Shown here: positions 1 to 11,529 of the stretch, piece after piece
Numbering within the stretch: position 1 is the stretch's first letter
How the letters are laid out: the number at the start of each line of letters is the position of its first letter
DNA from: Schmidtea polychroa
Taxonomy: Eukaryota
Length of the DNA stretch: 64,000 nucleotides
Assembly (NCBI GenBank): GCA_044892525.1
Contig: CM097885.1
Location: forward strand, 23,872,001-23,936,000
Direction of reading: 5' to 3'
The notes under the pieces: generated by a model
What the model was told of the DNA's origin: nothing
Database searches by the model: none
Seen by the model: the letters and a program-made list of their open reading frames with translations, nothing else
Made by a program: the position numbers and the translations under genes

Positions 1-60
1 ACCACTGTGTCAGTCTAGCCCACTGCGCCATCAAGGTTTGGATTTTTTGTCATTTTTTAA
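1..60. repeat. Inner part of the left terminal inverted repeat of A1
   Basis: Inverted match to 11916-11975; direct match to 26630-26690. Confidence 0.85.
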
Positions 61-104
61 ATTTTTATTATAAAAAATGAATAATATAAATCTTAAAAAA
101 TAAA

Positions 105-3100
105 ATGAAAACAGGGTATCCAATAAAAAATTTTTTTCTAAAAATGAATTGTAATATTTGCAATAAAGTTTTTAAAAATAAAACTGGATTAATTTCTCAC
201 TTAAAATCGAAAGCTCATTTATTAAAAGAAAATAATCTTAATGATACAAATTCAAAACTTTGTCTTAAATGTAAAGGAAGATTTCTACATTCTGGATATA
301 ATAAACATTTTGAAAATTGTATCGGGAAAAATAGAGAAATATTTACATGTCCTCATTGTAACTTTTCAACAAAACTAAATTTCTATTATTTAGAACATAT
401 AAAAGAATGTAAAAATAAAAAACAAAATTCTGACGATGAGGAATGTCATTCAGAAGGAGAGCCTGATCATGTTGAAAGAGAAAAATATAACTGGGATAAT
501 TTTAATCATATAGATGAATTTCAATTAAAAATTAATGGGCCTGCAACTCCTGGAGAATATATAAATAAAAATAAAAAAATTATTAAAAATTCTTTCACTG
601 AAGCTTTAAAAAATTATAAACCGACAAGGTATAATGTTATAAAATATAAAATTATAATCAAAGCAAAATACTGGCGAGGAGCAGAAGAAAAGACAACACC
701 CTTAGATGTTGAAATTGGAATACCTTTTAAATATTTATTTTCAATTAAAGGATTTGATAAAACCATCAAAGAAATAATTAAAGCAGCAGAAGCAAAACAA
801 GAGGAAGTAGAAAATGAATTAGGAGATTCAAACTTAGTATTCAACTCTTTCCAAACTTTAGTGATTGATTATTGGAGAGGATTACCACCCAATCCTAAAT
901 CTTATATTCCTACACCCTTTAAATCTAAAAATGTTATAAATGTACAGAATAATGATAACAAATGTTTCATCTGGTCAATACTTGCACATTTACATCCTCA
1001 AGCAACAAATCCCCAAAGAGTTTCAAAATACAAACAATATGAAAATGAATTAATATTTCCCAAAGGATTCAAACACCCAATGAAACTAGAAGACATTCCA
1101 GAATTTGAAAAATTAAATAATCTTAAACTTAATATTTATGAACATGTTATAGGGAAAGAAATTATTCCAATTTATATTTCAGATAGTGGAACCAAGGATA
1201 ACGGAGCACAGGACAACGAGATATATCTTTTAATCTTGGAACAAGAAAATAATCAACATTATGTTTTAATAAAAAACTTTCAAGCTTTTACATCTCCAGA
1301 GAATCCAACTAGTGGAGGAGGAACATGTAAAAGATGTCTTCATTATTCAACAACTAAAAACTCTATGATTAAACATACAAGATTTTGTGAAAAAGATGAT
1401 CCAGCTTTAATTAAAATGCCTAATAATCCCAAGATGTATTGTAAAAACTTTTCAAATTTACTACAAACAGTTGGAGTTCTTTATGGTGACTTTGAATCTA
1501 TAAACCATAAACAAGATTTGGTTTATCAATATTTAAAAATAATAGAAAAAAATAAACTCATGGATTTATGGAACTCCTCAGGAGAGAAGATGAAACCAGA
1601 GAGGATGAAAGCCTTTCTAAGAAAAAGAAATAAACCTAATAGTGTTAAAAAAACTAAACAATTACCATCTGCTTATAAATTATTATTTAAAAGTAATTAT
1701 CCTGAACTCATAGAATCTAGAGAATATTCAATTCTAGGAGGTACCCCTGAAGAAGTCTTGAATCATTTTACTAAAAATATAAATGATCTAGAACATGAAA
1801 TATTTAAAGTATTAAAAACAAACTATCCTCAAAATATTTCTAATCAACAACAACAAGAATATGAAAATACTTCCAACTGTTGGATGTGTAAACAGAATAT
1901 TCTTCCTGATGAAAAAGTTATAGATCATGATCATTTAAAAAAGGAAAATAATTATCGAGGAGCAGCTCATAAAAATTGAAATCTTAATTGCCATACTCCT
2001 AAATTTATACCTGTTATATTTCATAATCTTTTTGGATATGACATACATCTATTTATTAAACATTTAGCAGCAAATGCTAAAAACTCTTTCAAAGTTATCG
2101 GCTTAACAAAAGAAAAATATAAATCAGTTGAATATGGAAAATTAAAATTTATAGACTCGTTAAACTTTCTCCAAATGTCTCTAGATGCAGTAGCAAAAAC
2201 AATGAAACCAGAAAATTTTAAAATCACTCGAGAATTCTTGGAAAAAAATAATATTCCTCCAGAAGAATATCCTACATGCTTAGCAAAAGGAATATATCCT
2301 TATGACTATGTTGACTCGTTTGAAAGATATAATGAAACAAGTCTTCCTAACAAAGAAGATTTCTTTTCAAACTTACTACAATCAGGGATTACAGATCAAG
2401 AATATTCTCGAGCATTAAAAATGTGGGAATTATTCAAGTGTAAAACTTTAGGAGAATATACCAACATGTATTTATCCTTAGATGTTTATATTCTAGCAGA
2501 TTGCTTTGAAGAATTTACAAACTCTTTTGTTCTTAAACCTTATAATTATATAACTGCACCCTCTTTAGCTTGGGATACTATGTTATATACCATTTGGACT
2601 TCAAATATAGAAGATGCTGATAAAATTATAGATCTTTTAACTAACCTCGATATGTTTAACCAAATTAAAACAAACATTAGAGGAGGAGTCTCTTCAGTAA
2701 TGGGGAATAGAGAAATAAAAGCTAGAAATGCAATAACTACTAGCCGAAGACTATCTAAACACCCTGATGATCCATATATGAAAATTAACAATGAGGAATT
2801 AAAAGAATTATTAGAAACAATGAAAAATCCTATATTTATACTTTATATAGATGCAACAGCTTTATATTCAGGAATTATGACTCAATATTTACCAATGAGT
2901 GATTTCACTGAAATAGAGAACCCAACAGATGACCTTATGAAAGAAATACTTTCAACATCGAAAGATTCTCCAATAGGTTACTTTATAGAATGTGACCTCG
3001 ACTATCCAGATGATATAAAATAAGGAACAAGATATTTTCCTTTAGCTCCCATAAGAAGAAAGATTGATATCAACGAACTTTCTGAATGGCAAATCTCACA

Positions 3101-4424
3101 AGATAAACCTCCAACAATGAAACTTCTTTGTGATCAAACAGATCGAAGGTTTTATCTTTGTCACTATAGACTCCTCCAATTTTATCTCTCACGAGGAATG
3201 ATATTAAAAAAAGTTCATAGTGTCATAAGATTTAAACAAGCTCCATTCATGAAAGCTTTTATCGAGGAGAACATTAGGTGTCGAAACATTGTAAAAAGAG
3301 AAGGTAACCTTTTTAAAGATAATAATTATAAAATTTTAAACAATTCAGTATCTGGGAAAACAATGAAGAATGTTGATAAATATACTCATATTGAACTCCT
3401 AACAAATACTACCAAAGATATTAAGCGTTATAATCGCATGCTAGGAAAGCCTACATTTAAAAACGCACAAGTATTTTCTGAAAATCTTACTGCAGTAGAA
3501 TTAAAAAATTATGAGAAAACATATAACAAACCAATATTTATAGGGTTTACAATTTTAGAACTTTCAAAATTACAAATGTATGAAACATATTATAACATCT
3601 TACAACCTATATACGGAGCAAATATATCAATGCATGCAATGGATACAGATTCAATGTTTTTAACAATAAGAACTCATGATTTACGAAAAGATATGAAAGA
3701 AAATCCTATATTTTCAAATTTAATAAATTCATCTGGAGAACTATTTTCGTTTAAAGATGAAAAACCTTTTACTCCTATAGAAAATGGAATATTTATTCGT
3801 GCTAAACAATATTCATACGAAACATTTAGAAACCCTGAATTTATAACTAGATCATTTATATTTAAAACTCCAGAAACAGAAGAAACCATTACACATAGAT
3901 ATCCTATATTTCCTAAAGAAGAAAAACCTGTAAAGGATAACAGATGTAAAGGAATACAGAGAGTGGTGGCAAAGAATCTTTCTCATCAAGATTATATAGA
4001 TACATTGAATCCAAATCATAAAGATAAAATTGATGAAATACATCAACTTAAAAGTGAAAACCATGATATTCACTTGATAGAATCTCAAAAAGTATCATTA
4101 TCAAATTATGATGATAAGAGATTCATACTAAGTGATTTAAAGACAACTCTACCTATTGGAAATAATTTAATCCCTATAATAAAAAATCTAGAAAAGTTGA
4201 ATAAGTTATATGATACAAAGATTACTGATCTTGATATTTATAATGTTGAAATTATTTATCCCGAGAGAGAAATCGAGAAACCTTTATGTTCTCAAGTTTT
4301 TAATCCTATATGTTTAGAACTTAAATATTTTAATACTGATTCTGAATATATAAAAGGTCTAAGTGATAAAGAATTTAAAGATCATAAATTAATGATTCAT
4401 AGGTTGGCTTTCAACCATAACTGA
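105..4424 (+). pseudogene. Protein-primed family B DNA polymerase (pPolB) with two in-frame stops
   Basis: ORFs 105, 2175 and 3117 share one frame. TGA at 1977-1979 reads HKN*NL (conserved Cys position) and TAA at 3021-3023 reads DIK*GTRYFPLAP. Motifs: ExoI YGDFES, ExoII FHNLFGYD, ExoIII YLSLDV, Pol LYIDATALY, KILNNSVSGK, MDTDS. N-terminal C2H2 fingers and an EndoVII/HNH-like CWMC..DHDH insert are present. Confidence 0.93.
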
Positions 4425-4510
4425 AACCAACGATATTTAATAATAAAATGTCGACAATTAATTTAAGCAACTATAGCAACTTGATCTACTTTTTTAAAAA
4501 TTCATCCATT

Positions 4511-5104
4511 TTATAAGTAAGAATTCTTTAACCACTTGTCTCGTTTAATTTTTTTAGAATATTCATTAGTTATAATATTTGCACTTTTTAATTTTATAAC
4601 TTCATTTTTAATATCTTGAATTATTTGATTTGATTTCATTATTTCATCATCAGTTAAGATTCCATCTTCTAAAGCTTTTAATTGAAATAAAAATAATTTA
4701 GAGATTCCTAATTCTATTGATAAACAAACTTCTCTATATAAACTTTTCTTTTTAGAAGTATAAGATAATGAAACTATTTCAGTTAAGAAACCATCAGCCA
4801 CAGAAATACTTCCAAGTATTACAGGTGCAAGAGTAACAACTGGTAAAGTTATGGGTAAAATAACTGTTAATATTGCAGATGCAAATCCTAAAGAATAACC
4901 TATAACTTTTAAAACTGTATTCCCTTTATTCCATCTATTTTTAATTTTTTTATAATGCTTTAATAAATCTTGTAAATGTAAGGTTTCTGATTTAAATTCT
5001 TTTACTCTCATAATTTCAAGTTCTGTGGGAGCCGAGACCTTGGAAGAATAATATCCTGATGATCTCAATTCTGGGTAAATTTTTTCTTCTCTTACTTCTT
5101 CCAT
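4511..5104 (-). CDS. Polinton accessory membrane protein (hydrophobic hairpin)
   Basis: 197-aa ORF with a long hydrophobic segment VIGYSLGFASAILTVILPITLPVVTLAPVILGSISV, an N-terminal IYPEL..SAP and a C-terminal KALEDGILTDDE. Confidence 0.65.
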   Translation of the reverse strand: MEEVREEKIYPELRSSGYYSSKVSAPTELEIMRVKEFKSETLHLQDLLKHYKKIKNRWNKGNTVLKVIGYSLGFASAILTVILPITLPVVTLAPVILGSISVADGFLTEIVSLSYTSKKKSLYREVCLSIELGISKLFLFQLKALEDGILTDDEIMKSNQIIQDIKNEVIKLKSANIITNEYSKKIKRDKWLKNSYL

Positions 5105-5112
5105 TTTAATAA

Positions 5113-5525
5113 TTAAAAAAATAAGACTTTATTCTTCTGAGCACCATCTGGCACCAATACTCGGATATCAAAAGAAACTCTTGTTGACAGGATATCTTTA
5201 TACAATTCTCTCAATGCTTTACGAACTTCATCAACATCAACCTTTTTTTCATAAAATATTAAATCTATATATTGTACAAGTGAACTAGAAAAATGAATAT
5301 TCTTACTTTTAACTTTATGTAGTCCATGTGAATGAGTATTAACATACCAATCTCCGTGTGGTAAATCATAACTAGTCATTATAACATCACCCTTTTCAAG
5401 CTTACTATTATAATCACATTTCACAAACCATTTCATTCTTTCATTATCATCATCAAACAAAAAGAAATAAGGATCAATAATTTTTACAATCATAAAAACA
5501 CCCCATTCTTTACTGTTTGTTGTTA
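5113..5525 (-). pseudogene. C-terminal remnant of the putative fiber gene (5' part deleted)
   Basis: Near-identical to the 3' part of ORF 33197-34006. A deletion junction at ~5525 removes the equivalent of ~33409-34559. Confidence 0.75.
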
Positions 5526-5777
5526 TGGTTTATGCCCATCACGAGTTTGAATAGTAAATTTATTATTATCTTTAGTTATATTAAAAATAGTATTATAAGC
5601 ACAAAACCATAATAGCCCCAATTCATAATTTAAATTTTGATCTAATTTAATTGAATCTTGAAAGTTTATAGTAAAGTCTGATTCTTTTGAATTTATAGAT
5701 AAAGTTCTTGAATATTTATCTGACATTATGTTTACCATTTTTTTAAAATTATTTTCCGGAGGGTTGTGAAGCTCCAT
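5523..5777 (-). pseudogene. Minor capsid (penton-like) protein, truncated by deletion
   Basis: Matches the first 84 aa of the intact 254-aa ORF at 34047-34811. Confidence 0.8.
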
Positions 5778-5825
5778 TTCTTTAGTAGTAAATTCATATA
5801 GTAAAAATCCTTATAGTAAAAATCC

Positions 5826-6290
5826 TTATAGTAGAGATTCTAGATCATTATAAATTTCTTGAATTATAGATTCAAAATCCTGCGTATGCCCCTTTCCCTC
5901 TCCCTTATTCAATCTATACAAAACATATAAACTTAAAATACCACATATTTTAGTATTCAAAGGTTGAACTTGTAAAGAGTTAAAAGTATAACCATTTGGG
6001 GAATCAATCGGAGAACCCCTCAAGAGATAATCTTCAACTTCTTTAGTAGGTTTAATCCCAAAAGAATCAAAGTAGATAGATTTCTTATATATACAAACCC
6101 AATGAGATCCTTTTTCATTTGAATTTTGATAATTGATTATTATATTCAGGGGACTCTCCAGACTTGATAATTCATCATTCATTAATATTTTAATTTTTAA
6201 ATTTAAATAATTTGCATAATCTTTTAAATCAAAACTTGTTTTTGCATTTATTCCAAATGTTTTTAAAAAATCTAATATTGAAGGAGTCAT
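5826..6290 (-). CDS. Adenain-like maturation cysteine protease
   Basis: Catalytic motifs GSHWVC, YFDSFG and Q.....ICG. Confidence 0.9.
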   Translation of the reverse strand: MTPSILDFLKTFGINAKTSFDLKDYANYLNLKIKILMNDELSSLESPLNIIINYQNSNEKGSHWVCIYKKSIYFDSFGIKPTKEVEDYLLRGSPIDSPNGYTFNSLQVQPLNTKICGILSLYVLYRLNKGEGKGHTQDFESIIQEIYNDLESLL

Positions 6291-6312
6291 TTTGTATTTT
6301 AAAACTTCGTAT

Positions 6313-7230
6313 TTATAACTTCGTATACTTATTAAATTTATCTTTTGAAATTATTCCTTGTTTTAACAAATCTTTAGAAATCTTTAAAATATCAGAATCT
6401 AAATTATTATGTCCTGCTTTCCTTGCAGCTAATAGTTTTCTTAATTCAATAAAAAGATTGATGGGATTTGGTTTACCACCTTCACTAATTAATCCCTCTC
6501 CCTCTGTAACAACATAACCCTTTTCATTTTTATTTAAATAATTCTTTAAATCTTGAATATATTTTGCTTTAGAACTAGCTCTTATTAATCTTATTAAATT
6601 TAAATATTTTTTAATTTCTTCAACATCATCTGAAGAATATCCACAAAGTAATCTATAAAAATCATCTGTAAATTCAAAGTCTAAATATTCATTATTATAA
6701 ACATTTTGTGAATGAATACGTGATTTATTTTCTGAATTTGAATATAAAGTAAAGTTTTGTTTATTAATTGTTATTATTTGATATCCTTCAGTATTAGTAT
6801 TAAATGTGGGTCTAATTGAAGGAGGTAAATCATCTCAAATTTTAGGATCAACTTTAAGAGGTTTTGTTTTTAAAAACATTTCTTCTTCTTCCACATTAGT
6901 AATTCTTCTGCGTTTTCTTTGATTTCTTTCAGGATGGTTTTCACTGGATTCTTTTTCTTTATCCTGCCACTCTAGTTCTTTTATTTTTTGTTTTTTATCT
7001 TCTAACTCTTTAAATTTTGCTTGCTCATTGAAATCTTCTAACTCTTTAAATTTTGCTTGCTCATTGAAATCTTCCAACTCTTTTATAGCTTTAATTGTTG
7101 ACCCCTGTTGTTGTGTTATTACCTCATTTAATATTATAGATTCAGCATGTTGAGTTGTATCTTTTTTATTATATTTATCTTGTTCTGATTGTAATTTTTT
7201 TAAAAGTGCTAATCTTTCTTCATATACCAT
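6313..7230 (-). pseudogene. Polinton core-type protein (~305 codons) with one in-frame TGA
   Basis: Manual translation past TGA 6835-6837 stays open for ~173 more codons, ending ...GEGLISEGGKPNPINLFIELRKLLAARKAGHNN...KYTKL*. The LLA...AG(H)NN C-terminus recurs in Polinton ORFs. Confidence 0.7.
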
Positions 7231-7252
7231 TTTAATGGTATCAAAAATGGTA

Positions 7253-7861
7253 TCATAGTTCGAAGGGCTTCAAGTATAATCCTTTACCATTTTTAGTTTT
7301 ACAAAGGCATCCATTCTTTAAAGATTTACATATTTTTTTTAAATCTTCTTTATCTTTTGAAGATAAAGATTCAGATGTAGAAATTTGATTTTTTAAAAAA
7401 TCATTTAAACCTCTATCTTTATAAGGATCAAGATAGAGACCCTTTCCCTTGGACAGAGTCCCCTGAGACTTTTGCCGACTCCCCTCATATGGATTAAGAT
7501 AGAGACCCTTTCCAACGGACACTCCCCCTTTAGCTTGCCCTACCTTCTTCATTGAATCGATTTCAGTTTGTAGTTTTTCTTTTTCTAGGTCTGTCTTTTG
7601 AGATTTTTTAGCTTTTTGAACTGTAGTTGCAATTCCTCCAGCTATTCCAGCAGCCCCTGATAAACCAGCAATGATTGCAGGTATTAAAGCAGCTAATGGA
7701 AGAATGCCACCTTCTTTAGCTTCGTGGAGCTTCGCTCTAACTTGTTCTTTTACATGTTTTCCAATAAAATATTTTTTACCATCAATTACTACTGATTTAT
7801 TTTTATTTGAATTTATTAATTCTTGCAAAGATTCTTCAGTAGAGGAACTCTTCAAGGTCAT
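7253..7861 (-). CDS. Adenovirus pX(mu)-like core/membrane-active precursor
   Basis: GGILPLAALIPAIIAGLSGAAGIAG resembles the adenovirus pX C-terminus (GGILPLLIPLIAAAIGAVPGIA); three GKGLYL.P repeats. Confidence 0.7.
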   Translation of the reverse strand: MTLKSSSTEESLQELINSNKNKSVVIDGKKYFIGKHVKEQVRAKLHEAKEGGILPLAALIPAIIAGLSGAAGIAGGIATTVQKAKKSQKTDLEKEKLQTEIDSMKKVGQAKGGVSVGKGLYLNPYEGSRQKSQGTLSKGKGLYLDPYKDRGLNDFLKNQISTSESLSSKDKEDLKKICKSLKNGCLCKTKNGKGLYLKPFEL

Positions 7862-7876
7862 TTTATAATAAACAAA

Positions 7877-8683
7877 ATGGATGTACGAAGTCCAATAATT
7901 TGGAAACCAATTTTAAATAGACATAAGAGTAAATTTAATAATAAAGTATTTCCTGATAATTTTAGATTATTAATTGTTGGTTCTTCTGGATGTGGAAAGA
8001 ATGTACTTGTTTTGAGAATGTTACTTGAAGATGATTTTTTAGATTATAATAATTTAATCTTTTATTCTACAACCATAAATCAACCAGAATTACAACTTTT
8101 GAAATGTGGATTTGAAAATAAATTAACTAAAAAAGCAATAATTGATATTTTTAAAAATCAACATAGGTGTCCTGAAGAAGTTTTTCAACCTTGTGATATG
8201 GTTGATTGGTATAAGGAAAAGATTTTAGAATCAGATATTAGTAATAAAAATGATTATATTTGTGAAGAAGGGCAGGAGGCAATTCAAGTTTTATTCTCTA
8301 ATAAACCTGAAGATGTTTTACATTGTGATTTACTTCCTAAAGATAAAAAGAATCTAGTTATATTTGATGATGTTTTTAATATGAAAAATCAAGAGATTCA
8401 AAAGAGTTACTTTACACGAGGTCGACATAATAATTGTAATGTTATTTATATATCTCAAACATATTATGCTTTAGATAAAAATTCAATAAGAAATAATTCC
8501 AATTGTTTTATATTTTTTAAATTAGATCGCCGTGATAAGAATATGATTTATAATGATTTATTTTCAAATGTTGAACCTGATAAGAATATGTTTGATATGT
8601 TTGTTGATAATCATTGGAAAGAAAAATATAATTATATTTATTTGGATAGAGAAGAAGCTGAAATATGGAAAAGTTTGTTTTAG
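7877..8683 (+). CDS. A32/FtsK-like DNA packaging ATPase
   Basis: Walker A GSSGCGKN, Walker B LVIFDD, RGRH.N and ISQ motifs; ATG at 7877. Confidence 0.9.
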   Translation: MDVRSPIIWKPILNRHKSKFNNKVFPDNFRLLIVGSSGCGKNVLVLRMLLEDDFLDYNNLIFYSTTINQPELQLLKCGFENKLTKKAIIDIFKNQHRCPEEVFQPCDMVDWYKEKILESDISNKNDYICEEGQEAIQVLFSNKPEDVLHCDLLPKDKKNLVIFDDVFNMKNQEIQKSYFTRGRHNNCNVIYISQTYYALDKNSIRNNSNCFIFFKLDRRDKNMIYNDLFSNVEPDKNMFDMFVDNHWKEKYNYIYLDREEAEIWKSLF

Positions 8684-8694
8684 GGCTTGTCGAC

Positions 8695-9841
8695 TTAAAA
8701 ATCTGTTTTCTGTAGTTCATTATTATAAAATCTACCTAATATTTTTTCATTATTTAAATCAAAGATGCTATATGATATTGGAGTATATATAATGTATTTT
8801 ATAATGTATAATGTATTTTATTTATAATAAAAATTTCATTTGTCCATTTTGCTGTGAATCCTTTTTCAAATTTATTTTTATATTTAAATATTCTTACTCG
8901 GTCGCCAATTTTAAACTTTGGTTTTTCAATAACATCATTTTCAATATTTACCACTTTAATGGTTTCAGGCTTCATGGAAGCATTTAAAGGTGTTAATTTT
9001 ATAGAACTATGTACATCATTTTTATATTCATTTACAATCTTTTGTAACAATTCATTGTTCCATTTTTGTTTTCCAATAGCAGTAAAATATTTCCACATTT
9101 TATTTTTTAATGTTCTATTTAATCTTTCAACTACGACTGCTTTTCCTTCGTTTTCTGTTGAATATAATTTAATATCATTTTCATTTAAAAACTTTGTAAA
9201 AACTTTGTTATAAAATTCTGTTCCTTTATCACACCATAAATATTTTGGAATTCTTTGATGTTGTTCAAATATATTTTCAAATGCTTCTGTAATAGAATAT
9301 CCTGTTTTATTTTCTAAACACCTTGCAAAGGCAAATCTTGTATATAAATCTATTACTGTTAAAATTATTTTATATTTTTCAGGGTCTGATGATTTGGTTG
9401 GCATAAAGACTAAATCTGCAGACCATGATTGATCTTTTTCATGTACTTGAACTTTTAAATATTTTTTATTTTTTCTAAATTCATGGTGTAATTCGTTGGC
9501 ATATTTTATTTCTGATTCTGTTGGGGTTTGTAAACTAGTCTTGGATATATTCTCGAGGGATCTTTCAGCATCTGCTTGTTCAATAATCTTTTTATTAGCA
9601 ACATCTTTTGCTTTCCTAGGAAGTCTTGCACCCATGGTGATCGGACTGTGTCCTAAGCCTATTTTTCTGTAGTAAAAGGTTTTAATATTGAAGATGTCAT
9701 TTTTGAAGATTGTAGGTCGCCTCCGGCTCGTGGAATCATGTCGCCTCCTATATGTTTTTTAGTTTTTAAATGACTTGCTTTATGATGTCTTGTAACTTGA
9801 CAATTACAACTTTCACATCTCCAATATTTATTTAGAGACAT
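8695..9841 (-). pseudogene. Retroviral-like (rve) integrase with PLA2 domain deleted and 3' end disrupted
   Basis: DDE motifs SADLV, CDKGTEF and VERLNRT. Lacks 286 bp relative to 37728-39101 and is altered near 8780-8815. Confidence 0.85.
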
Positions 9842-9870
9842 TTTAAAATGTTAAAATATCAGGGATTATA

Positions 9871-11157
9871 TCAAGAATCTCCCCTAACATTTTCGATTAT
9901 TGAAATCTTTCCACCATATAATTTCATTTCTATTTTCTTTTCTTCTAATATTAATGTATATACTTTAGCTTTAAAATTAGAATCCTTTGTTACATGAAGT
10001 GTAACATCAACATTATTTATGGCTAGGCGATCATCTTGGTCTGAAACATTTATACAAAATATAGAATATAAATTTTTGAAATCTTCTAAACTTAATTGCG
10101 GTTCAACTTTGAAATCATAACATGTTTCAATATAATTTAGATATGGGAATATGTTTTCATTATTTTCAATATTAAATTCCATTCTATTTATTGGATAATA
10201 AGAACTATTTAATTGAATTTGGATTGTTTTTAAATTATCAACTCCAATCTTTTGAATAAACAAGTTGTTATTTTTTTGGAAAGATGAATCTACTTCTTTG
10301 AATCCAATCAAGATATATCTTGGTCGGTATGCTAAATTTGCTACCTTTATAGAATATGTTGAACCCTCTGTCATACTAAATTCACTACAGATTCTATTTA
10401 AATAATTTACATTTATAGACTTGTTGGAATTTAATCTTTCAAGGAGTTTAATCTCAGAATGTGGGTTTAATGTCCATTCAGGTATATGTAATTCAAGTGT
10501 TGATAATTTTAATTTAGCTTTTGTATCTACAGCTACATAGAACAATCTTTTATCACCTTCTACTCTATTACAGATGAATTCTATAAAAACATTATGAAGT
10601 ATACGATTATAGTTTTGAAGGAATCCAAACAAGTGTTTTAATTCAAAATAACCGTCAAATTTTTTAGATTTATAAAGTTCAGCTCTTTTATGGTAACCAT
10701 GGTTTACATCTAAACCATCTTTATCTAAATCCCCTTTATTAACATCAGGAATCCAACCTGTTAATTCACCATATTCGTTTTTATAATCACAACCAGTCAA
10801 AATAAAATTTAACATTGTAGAATATACTCCCGAATGCAAAACAGTTTCAATTTCTGATGATCCTAGTTTTAATCTCATGTTGGAGAATAAATTTGGAAAG
10901 AAATTATTTTCTAGGGTTATATCTTTGTTTGCTTCAATTTCTAATTCGATTTTATAATATAATTTGGCATTACAAATATCTATAGGGTTTGATGTTTGAA
11001 GAGATTGAAAAACTATATCACCCCTACGATTTAAGTTTGCAATAGATCCTGAAGTTGGGGAGATTTTAAGTACATCGTTTTTCTTGATTTCATGAGTAAA
11101 TTCTTTATTATAATCAAGATTTAATTTATTTTTTTCTTGAATTTTTATATTATTCAT
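9871..11157 (-). CDS. Major capsid protein (double jelly-roll, Polinton type)
   Basis: 428-aa beta-rich ORF with LENNFFPNLF, LFGF and RPRYILIGF motifs; size and position typical of a Polinton MCP. Confidence 0.8.
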   Translation of the reverse strand: MNNIKIQEKNKLNLDYNKEFTHEIKKNDVLKISPTSGSIANLNRRGDIVFQSLQTSNPIDICNAKLYYKIELEIEANKDITLENNFFPNLFSNMRLKLGSSEIETVLHSGVYSTMLNFILTGCDYKNEYGELTGWIPDVNKGDLDKDGLDVNHGYHKRAELYKSKKFDGYFELKHLFGFLQNYNRILHNVFIEFICNRVEGDKRLFYVAVDTKAKLKLSTLELHIPEWTLNPHSEIKLLERLNSNKSINVNYLNRICSEFSMTEGSTYSIKVANLAYRPRYILIGFKEVDSSFQKNNNLFIQKIGVDNLKTIQIQLNSSYYPINRMEFNIENNENIFPYLNYIETCYDFKVEPQLSLEDFKNLYSIFCINVSDQDDRLAINNVDVTLHVTKDSNFKAKVYTLILEEKKIEMKLYGGKISIIENVRGDS

Positions 11158-11212
11158 TTTTATATATTAAAATTTACACACACAAAATAGGATTAATTAA
11201 ATATATTATGTA

Positions 11213-11296
11213 AGCCATTATAGCGGAGTGGGAATAGGCTTCAATTTTATCACCGGGAGTACCGGGTTCAATTTTCGATTTTGGTCAATTTTTTTC
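11213..11296 (+). ncRNA. tRNA-like Pol III unit 1
   Basis: A box TAGCGGAGTGG, B box GGTTCAATT and a downstream T-run; the 3' half resembles tRNA-Asp. Confidence 0.5.
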
Positions 11297-11448
11297 GATA
11301 TTTTTTTTTCAACGGAATCTGATTCAGCGTACTGATTTTAGTATATATTTAAATTTTCAGATGGATCTGAGTGGTAGTTGTCGAGAAAATGAATAATTAA
11401 TTATTAATTTCATCAATAAATAGTCACACATTAACAACTTATTTCATA

Positions 11449-11529
11449 TTGAGTATAGCTTAGTGGTAATAGCACTCGACTGCATTGCCAATACCAATGG
11501 GTTCAAATCCCATTTCCGTCATTTTTTTT
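11449..11529 (+). ncRNA. tRNA-like Pol III unit 2 (tRNA-Cys-like, non-canonical)
   Basis: A box TAGCTTAGTGG, GACTGCA anticodon-like segment, perfect T arm ATGGG-TTCAAAT-CCCAT and T8 terminator. Acceptor and anticodon stems pair poorly. Confidence 0.6.

Noticed and set aside
1977..3023. Alternative genetic code or stop reassignment explaining in-frame TGA/TAA
   Set aside because: The stops replace different expected residues, TGA and TAA both terminate other intact genes here, and the second pPolB and TFIIB have no internal stops.
614..9213. Short antisense ORFs overlapping Polinton genes (614, 2021, 2546, 3674, 3852, 6212, 7671, 8854)
   Set aside because: Shadow frames of real genes.
11449..11529. 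Functional tRNA-Cys gene
   Set aside because: Acceptor and anticodon stems do not pair; kept only as a tRNA-like unit.
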